A program made the position numbers and the translations under genes. The notes beneath the pieces are model-generated. The model saw only the letters and a list, made by a program, of their open reading frames with translations, was not told the origin of the DNA and ran no database searches. Positions 59,008 through 64,000 of a DNA stretch of 64,000 nt are shown piece after piece. Each line of letters starts with the position of its first letter. Within the stretch, counting starts at the first letter, position 1. Source of the DNA: Candidatus Latescibacterota bacterium (GTDB lineage: Bacteria; Latescibacterota; UBA2968; UBA8231); assembly GCA_965208105.1 (NCBI GenBank), contig OZ242318.1, forward strand, positions 4,768,001 to 4,832,000, in the 5' to 3' direction.

Positions 59008-60198
59008 ATGCCCGATCACAGTAAATTCTCTTCGCGGATCCACCTGAGGTGGTGCTGCCTGCTCCATCTCATAACCGACGGCCACAGCGCCAGCCTGTCC
59101 CTGCTGCTGCCATTCATTACTGCTGACCTGGGTCTGAGCTATGCCCAGTCCGGTCTGCTCAGGAGCGCCAGCCACGGGGCCATCAGCGTCGCCCAGATTC
59201 CCGCGGGCCTGCTGGCGGAGCGCATCGGCTCGGTTTGGATGCTGGGGCTGGGAACGGCGCTCCAGAGCGCCGGCTACATTGCCCTGTTGCTGGCCGTTGG
59301 CTATCCCCTGACACTGATACTGATCCTTGCCGCCGGAATCGGGGGCGGGGTCTATCATCCTGTGGGCACCGGCCTGGTCTCCAACCTTTATCCGCCGGAG
59401 AGAACAGGTCCGCCGATCGGCACACTGAACTTCTTCGGCGATGTCGGCAAGGTGATCTTTCCCGCTCTGGCGGGCGTACTGGTCGTCCGGGTGGGCTGGC
59501 AGGGAAGCTTCGCCTCCCTCGGATGTATAGGAATGGCCGTGGCTCTTCTCTACCTTTTCTTCTTCCGCAGGGAGCTCTTCCCCGTGCGGGAGAAGCGGCC
59601 AAAAAGGAATAGAGGCGGAAGAGGGTCGTGGAAGAAGGGGATCAGGCAGCCGGTCCAGTTCTCCATTTATTCCACCCTGGGATTCCTGGATGAGACCATC
59701 CGCAGCGGCTCTTTCACCTTCCTCGGGTTCATGCTTATCGCCAACGGCATCGAGAAAGGGGACATCGGCTGGTACCTGTCTTTGACCTTCTTCGGCGGCG
59801 CCTGCGGCAAGCTACTCTGCGGCATGCCGATCGCGAGATTGGGAGCAAGGCGGATCATTGTAATCACCGAACTGCTCGTAGTGGCCGGCTGCCTGGCGCT
59901 ACCGTCCATGTCTTCCGGGTGGCTGCTGTTCGTTCTCCTGCCGCTTTTCGGCTTTGTCCTCAATGGAACATCTTCGGTGATTTATATCGGGCTTGTGCCT
60001 ACCCTGGAGGCGGAGTACAGGAGCCGGGGCTACGCCCTGTACTACACCATAAGTTTCATCGCCGCGGCCATTGCACCGTATATCTTTGGACTCGTGGCTG
60101 ATATGTTCGGCCTCAACGCGGTCTACTATGGCGCCGCGCTGGTTCTGCTGTTGGGTCTGCCCCTGGCGGCTTTTCTCAAGGAGGGAAGGCAAGGATGA
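59008..60198 (+). CDS. MFS transporter (Fsr-like)
   Basis: 'HLITDG', 'AGLLAERIG', 'GGVYHPVG', 'FGLVADMFG'; 12 TM. Confidence 0.9.
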   Translation: MPDHSKFSSRIHLRWCCLLHLITDGHSASLSLLLPFITADLGLSYAQSGLLRSASHGAISVAQIPAGLLAERIGSVWMLGLGTALQSAGYIALLLAVGYPLTLILILAAGIGGGVYHPVGTGLVSNLYPPERTGPPIGTLNFFGDVGKVIFPALAGVLVVRVGWQGSFASLGCIGMAVALLYLFFFRRELFPVREKRPKRNRGGRGSWKKGIRQPVQFSIYSTLGFLDETIRSGSFTFLGFMLIANGIEKGDIGWYLSLTFFGGACGKLLCGMPIARLGARRIIVITELLVVAGCLALPSMSSGWLLFVLLPLFGFVLNGTSSVIYIGLVPTLEAEYRSRGYALYYTISFIAAAIAPYIFGLVADMFGLNAVYYGAALVLLLGLPLAAFLKEGRQG

Positions 60199-60316
60199 TG
60201 GCTTCGGCCACAGGCGCTCACTGCCGACGGGGAAGATCAATACCGTGAATGCAATCGGGCTGTGGGCAATCTTCTTCGGGATACCATGCAGGCCGCGGCT
60301 GCCGCACCAGAGTGGA

Positions 60317-61219
60317 TTGCGGAAGCACGGAGCGTCTGGTGCCGTGAACCTGGCCGTTGTTGCATGGCTGGCAGGCTGCGGGGCGGACGGCGGCATATCT
60401 CCCTCCGGTCCGGTGGTCCTCGAAGGCGACTATGCGATCAGGTCTCGGGAGGACATCGCCAGCCTCCGCAAGCTCGGAGGGGATTCTTTCAGCATTACCG
60501 GAGGCCTGCTCATCATGCGCTCGGACCTGACTTCCCTGGAGGGTCTGGGCAATCTCACCGGTATAGGGAGGTCCCTGGAAATCCGCTTCAACGAGTCGCT
60601 GACATCCCTCAATGGCCTTGACAGACTCACAAGCGTGGGGGACAGCCTCATGGATACCGGGACTCCCCTGGGTCAGTCACCGGCCCCTGAGATTCAGCCG
60701 CAGGCATCGAACGCGAAACGCGCTCACGTGGTAGAGGGTTTCATCGTTACGGACAATCCGCTGCTGACCACCATGGAAGGGGTCGAAAGACTCGCCTTCG
60801 TGGGTGGGGGACTGTCCCTTATTTACAACAGCACCTTGCACTCTCTTCAGGCTCTGAGCAATCTCACCCACATCAGGGGGAGTGTCGATATTCTGGCCAA
60901 CGATGCTCTGGCCAGTCTGGATGGATTGCAGCAGCTCACCGGAGTGGAGGGCTATTTCGAGGTGGGGGTAAACCGGTCGTTGCGGGACCTGGACGGATTG
61001 AGAAATCTGGCGGAGGTCGGGTCTGACCTCGTGATCTGGTTCAACGACTCCCTGCGCAATCTCGAAGGACTGGACAAACTGGCCCGCATAGGTGGCCAGG
61101 TGATTCTGGACCACAACCCGGTTCTTCCGGACGATCTTGTGCAGGAGTTCGTGAAAAAGATCCGGGCAAGCGGGTACAGCGGCGAGATCATTATTCCCCA
61201 GAGGCCTTCACCCGATTGA
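60317..61219 (+). CDS. Lipoprotein with receptor-L-domain/LRR-like repeats
   Basis: Lipobox 'WLAGC'; repeats of about 25 aa 'L.SL.GL.NL..(I/V)G..L.I..N..L'. Start uncertain (TTG 60317 chosen). Confidence 0.75.
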   Translation: MRKHGASGAVNLAVVAWLAGCGADGGISPSGPVVLEGDYAIRSREDIASLRKLGGDSFSITGGLLIMRSDLTSLEGLGNLTGIGRSLEIRFNESLTSLNGLDRLTSVGDSLMDTGTPLGQSPAPEIQPQASNAKRAHVVEGFIVTDNPLLTTMEGVERLAFVGGGLSLIYNSTLHSLQALSNLTHIRGSVDILANDALASLDGLQQLTGVEGYFEVGVNRSLRDLDGLRNLAEVGSDLVIWFNDSLRNLEGLDKLARIGGQVILDHNPVLPDDLVQEFVKKIRASGYSGEIIIPQRPSPD

Positions 61220-61231
61220 TCGGGGCCTCCC

Positions 61232-61711
61232 TCAGGGATCTGTGCAGGTGAAGTCCCGGCCCTCGGTGCAGCCGGTGTGGCAGCCGATACAGGAAGGCAG
61301 CTGGCCCGATTCCAGGATCTCCCTGTTGGAGTCGAGTTCCTGCCATTCCCAGTCCCCTCCGGAGGGGGCGGTTCCGCTGCTGCCTTTGCGCATGGCGACG
61401 TAGCCTGCCAGCTTTCTACACCCTGGGTCGCTGTGCAGGACTTTCACCAGCACAGTGCCCTGAGCCAGGGGATAGTCTCCATCGACATAGGCCCCGGCCT
61501 GCTCGGGGCTGGCGTAGACGAGGATGTTGTGGCCGTCGTGCGCGCTGCTGAAGCGACAGTCGCGCACCTGGATGTAGGTATCGGTGAATCGCGGCGGAAA
61601 GAGGGCTTCCTCGAGGCCGGCATCGGCGGATTTGCCGCTGCAGGCCATCCCGGCAAACAGCGGGGAAAGGAGCAGGGCGATCCACCGCAGGCGATCGAGT
61701 CCGGAGCTCAC
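61232..61711 (-). CDS. Cytochrome P460-family monoheme lipoprotein
   Basis: Lipobox-like 'GMAC', 'GTVLVK', 'AMRK', 'GDWEW', C-terminal CxxCH 'CIGCH' followed by 'DF'. Confidence 0.75.
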   Translation of the reverse strand: MSSGLDRLRWIALLLSPLFAGMACSGKSADAGLEEALFPPRFTDTYIQVRDCRFSSAHDGHNILVYASPEQAGAYVDGDYPLAQGTVLVKVLHSDPGCRKLAGYVAMRKGSSGTAPSGGDWEWQELDSNREILESGQLPSCIGCHTGCTEGRDFTCTDP

Positions 61712-62925
61712 TTGTAGACGATTCTGATGCGGTTGTTGTGGGTGTCGGCAATGTAGAGGTTGCCCTCGCGGTCCAGCGCCACCCCGTATGGACGATTGAG
61801 TTTCGCCTCTCGGGGATGCCCGCCGTCACCGCCGTAACCAATCTCGCCGCAATTGCCTGCGACCGTGGTGATGATGTTGTTGGTGTCGACCATGCGGACG
61901 CAGTGGTTGAAGGTGTCGGCGATGAAGACGTTGCCCTCCAGGTCGACGGCCACGTCGCAAGGCCAGCCTAGGCTGGCTTCGGTGGCAAGGGTGCCCTCCC
62001 CGGAGTACTCGACCTGCTCGGACAAGCTGCTCAACTGGTGGCTCTCGATTTCGATATCGCCGGTCTGTATTTCTTCGTCGAAGAGCTTGAAGCCGGCGAT
62101 GGTCGTGATAATGCCGGTCTCCGCGTCTATCCTGCGGATGCGGTTGTTGAGAGTGTCCGCAACGTAGATGTTGCCGAACCAGTCGGTGGCGATGCGGCTG
62201 GTGGGCTGTGCCGACTGGCCTGTGGGGGCGTAGAGCTGGGCATTGGAGGCCGGACCGCCGTCGCCTCCGAATCCAGGATCTCCATTGCCCGCAATGGTTG
62301 TGATGATGCCGTTGAGATCGACCATGCGGATGCGCTGGCTGGCCTGGTCCGAAATGTACATGCGGCCTGCCGGATCGAAGGCGGTGGAGCTGGGCAGATT
62401 GACACTGGCGGAGACGGCCTGGCCGCCGTCTCCGCCGTATTCGCGGGCGCCGGTGCCGCATATGGGTTGGATGTAGCCGGTCCCGGGGTCGTAGCGCAGG
62501 ATCTTCGAGTTGTGCCAGGCCGACATGACCAGGCGTCCCTGCGGATCGAAGGAGATGTGAGTCGGATGGTTGAGGCCGATCTGTAGAGCCGGACCGGGTG
62601 GCGCCGACCCCAGCTCGCCGGTGCCGATGAAGGTCCAGATGAGGCCGCCGTCGACGACGCGCACGCGGTGGTTGTTCCAGTCCAGGAGGTAGAGGCGATC
62701 GTCGGGGCCGATGGTCATGTCCATGGGCAGGTAGAGTTCGGAATCCAGGGGCGGAACCCCCTCCCCGCCGAGCCCGGCTTGCCCGGTTCCAACCACGGTA
62801 GTGATGAAGGAATAGGAATCCTCCGAGTCGCCGGGAGAGGAAGGGGAGAGGTCGCAGGCCGCCGCGCAAAGTGCCATCAGGAAGGCCAGCGCGGTCCATG
62901 CGGGCTGACGCCCGAAGCCCATCAT
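61708..62925 (-). CDS. NHL-repeat beta-propeller lipoprotein
   Basis: 'AAACD' lipobox; repeats 'AG.G..G.GGDGG.A..A.L..P......GN.YIADT.N.RIR'. Confidence 0.88.
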   Translation of the reverse strand: MMGFGRQPAWTALAFLMALCAAACDLSPSSPGDSEDSYSFITTVVGTGQAGLGGEGVPPLDSELYLPMDMTIGPDDRLYLLDWNNHRVRVVDGGLIWTFIGTGELGSAPPGPALQIGLNHPTHISFDPQGRLVMSAWHNSKILRYDPGTGYIQPICGTGAREYGGDGGQAVSASVNLPSSTAFDPAGRMYISDQASQRIRMVDLNGIITTIAGNGDPGFGGDGGPASNAQLYAPTGQSAQPTSRIATDWFGNIYVADTLNNRIRRIDAETGIITTIAGFKLFDEEIQTGDIEIESHQLSSLSEQVEYSGEGTLATEASLGWPCDVAVDLEGNVFIADTFNHCVRMVDTNNIITTVAGNCGEIGYGGDGGHPREAKLNRPYGVALDREGNLYIADTHNNRIRIVYK

Positions 62926-64000
62926 GGGTGCCTCTGCTCCGGCAGGTTTACCCGGCGAATGCGGTGGTTGTAGGTGTCGGCAATGTAGAGGCGCCCCCGG
63001 GCGTCGAACTCAATTCCCGCGGGCCGGTTCAAGGAAGCTTGCTGGGCAGGTCCCCCGTCACCCGAGAAACCGGCAAGCCCGTTGCCTGCAACGGTAGTGA
63101 TGGTCCCGGTGGACAGGTCCAGGGCGCGGACGCGGTGATTGTGCTCGTCGGCAATGTAAAGACGGCCATCGGGGCCAAACTGTATGTCGCGCGGATTGTC
63201 GAAGGAGGCCGCAAGGGCGTCGCCGCCGTCGCCTCCAAACCCGGCGAATCCGTTGCCGGCCACCGTTTCGATTAGATTGAGGGCGAAATCCACCCGTCGA
63301 ATGCGATTGTTCATGCTGTCGGATATGTAGAGGCGATCCTGCGGTCCGAAGAAGAGCGCACCCGCAGGTGGGGGGTTGCTGCCTGCCGGCATGCGGATTT
63401 TCGCCCACAGCGGGGGACCGCCGTCACCTCCGAAGCCCGCCTCTCCCGTTCCCACGACGGTTCTGATTATGCGGTCGACTGGATCGATCCGGCGCACGCG
63501 CTGGTTGCGCTGATCCAGTATGTAGAGCCCGGCGTCCGGACCGAGCACGGTCTGGCTCGGCTGGCTCAGAAGGGCGGAGCGGGCAGGTCCGCCGTCGCCC
63601 TCGAAGCCCGCGTCGGCGCCGCACATCACCTGCACCAGGCCGGTTGCGGGGTCGTAGGTGCGCAGCTTGTGGTTGTGCCATGCCGTCAACAGCAGGAGGC
63701 CGTCGGGCAGGGGCTGGAGGTGGGTTGGGTGGTTGAGCAGCACGGTTGGACCGGGGGCACCCGGGGGTATCTGATCGGACTCGTCGTAGGGTCCGTCCCC
63801 CACAAAGTCGGCACCGATCACCGTTTCCAGGGTGCCGTCCCCGGCGGCGCGGCGTACTCGGTGGTTGTTCCAGTCGAGGACGTAGATCTCACCCGCGGAA
63901 GTGATGGTGAGATCAACAGGCCAGTAGAATCTGGAGCTTAGAAGGGGTTGGCCATCGCCGTCCCAACCCTGCCTGCCCGTACCCGCCCAGGTGCAGATGG
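62922..64000 (-). CDS. NHL-repeat protein, 5' end outside the window
   Basis: Same GDGG/NHL repeats; the frame continues toward the window end (ICTWAGTGRQGWDGDG...DWNNHRVR). Confidence 0.85.
   Translation of the reverse strand, partial: ICTWAGTGRQGWDGDGQPLLSSRFYWPVDLTITSAGEIYVLDWNNHRVRRAAGDGTLETVIGADFVGDGPYDESDQIPPGAPGPTVLLNHPTHLQPLPDGLLLLTAWHNHKLRTYDPATGLVQVMCGADAGFEGDGGPARSALLSQPSQTVLGPDAGLYILDQRNQRVRRIDPVDRIIRTVVGTGEAGFGGDGGPPLWAKIRMPAGSNPPPAGALFFGPQDRLYISDSMNNRIRRVDFALNLIETVAGNGFAGFGGDGGDALAASFDNPRDIQFGPDGRLYIADEHNHRVRALDLSTGTITTVAGNGLAGFSGDGGPAQQASLNRPAGIEFDARGRLYIADTYNHRIRRVNLPEQRHP

Overview
GC-rich, gene-dense 64 kb chromosomal window from a diderm bacterium. It has a TonB-dependent receptor, lipoproteins and a FlgD-Ig/T9SS-CTD-like C-terminal domain. 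These, plus many Gfo/Idh/MocA, PhyH, NHL and DUF4038 genes, suggest an FCB-group lineage such as Latescibacterota, possibly host-associated; that is inference only. About 51 CDSs were called; no rRNA, tRNA, CRISPR array or transposase was seen. Main features: (1) a complete UBact-proteasome operon arc-dop-ubact-prcB-prcA-pafA (30507-37166). (2) A bacterial topoisomerase VI pair. (3) tdh-kbl followed by an orphan Cox3-like gene. (4) Three intergenic TA-bounded hairpin elements of 165-166 bp. Each has a different but self-complementary terminal stem around a shared CAAGGCG...GCAACGCCG core with compensatory changes, and two sit exactly on a TAG stop codon. (5) Four PhyH-like Fe/2OG enzymes, three lacking the HxD carboxylate (HxG, HxQ, HxA). 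(6) A triple-DUF5069 protein. (7) A translationally coupled NHL-NHL-cytochrome P460-like operon. All calls come from motif recognition by eye; no database searches were run.
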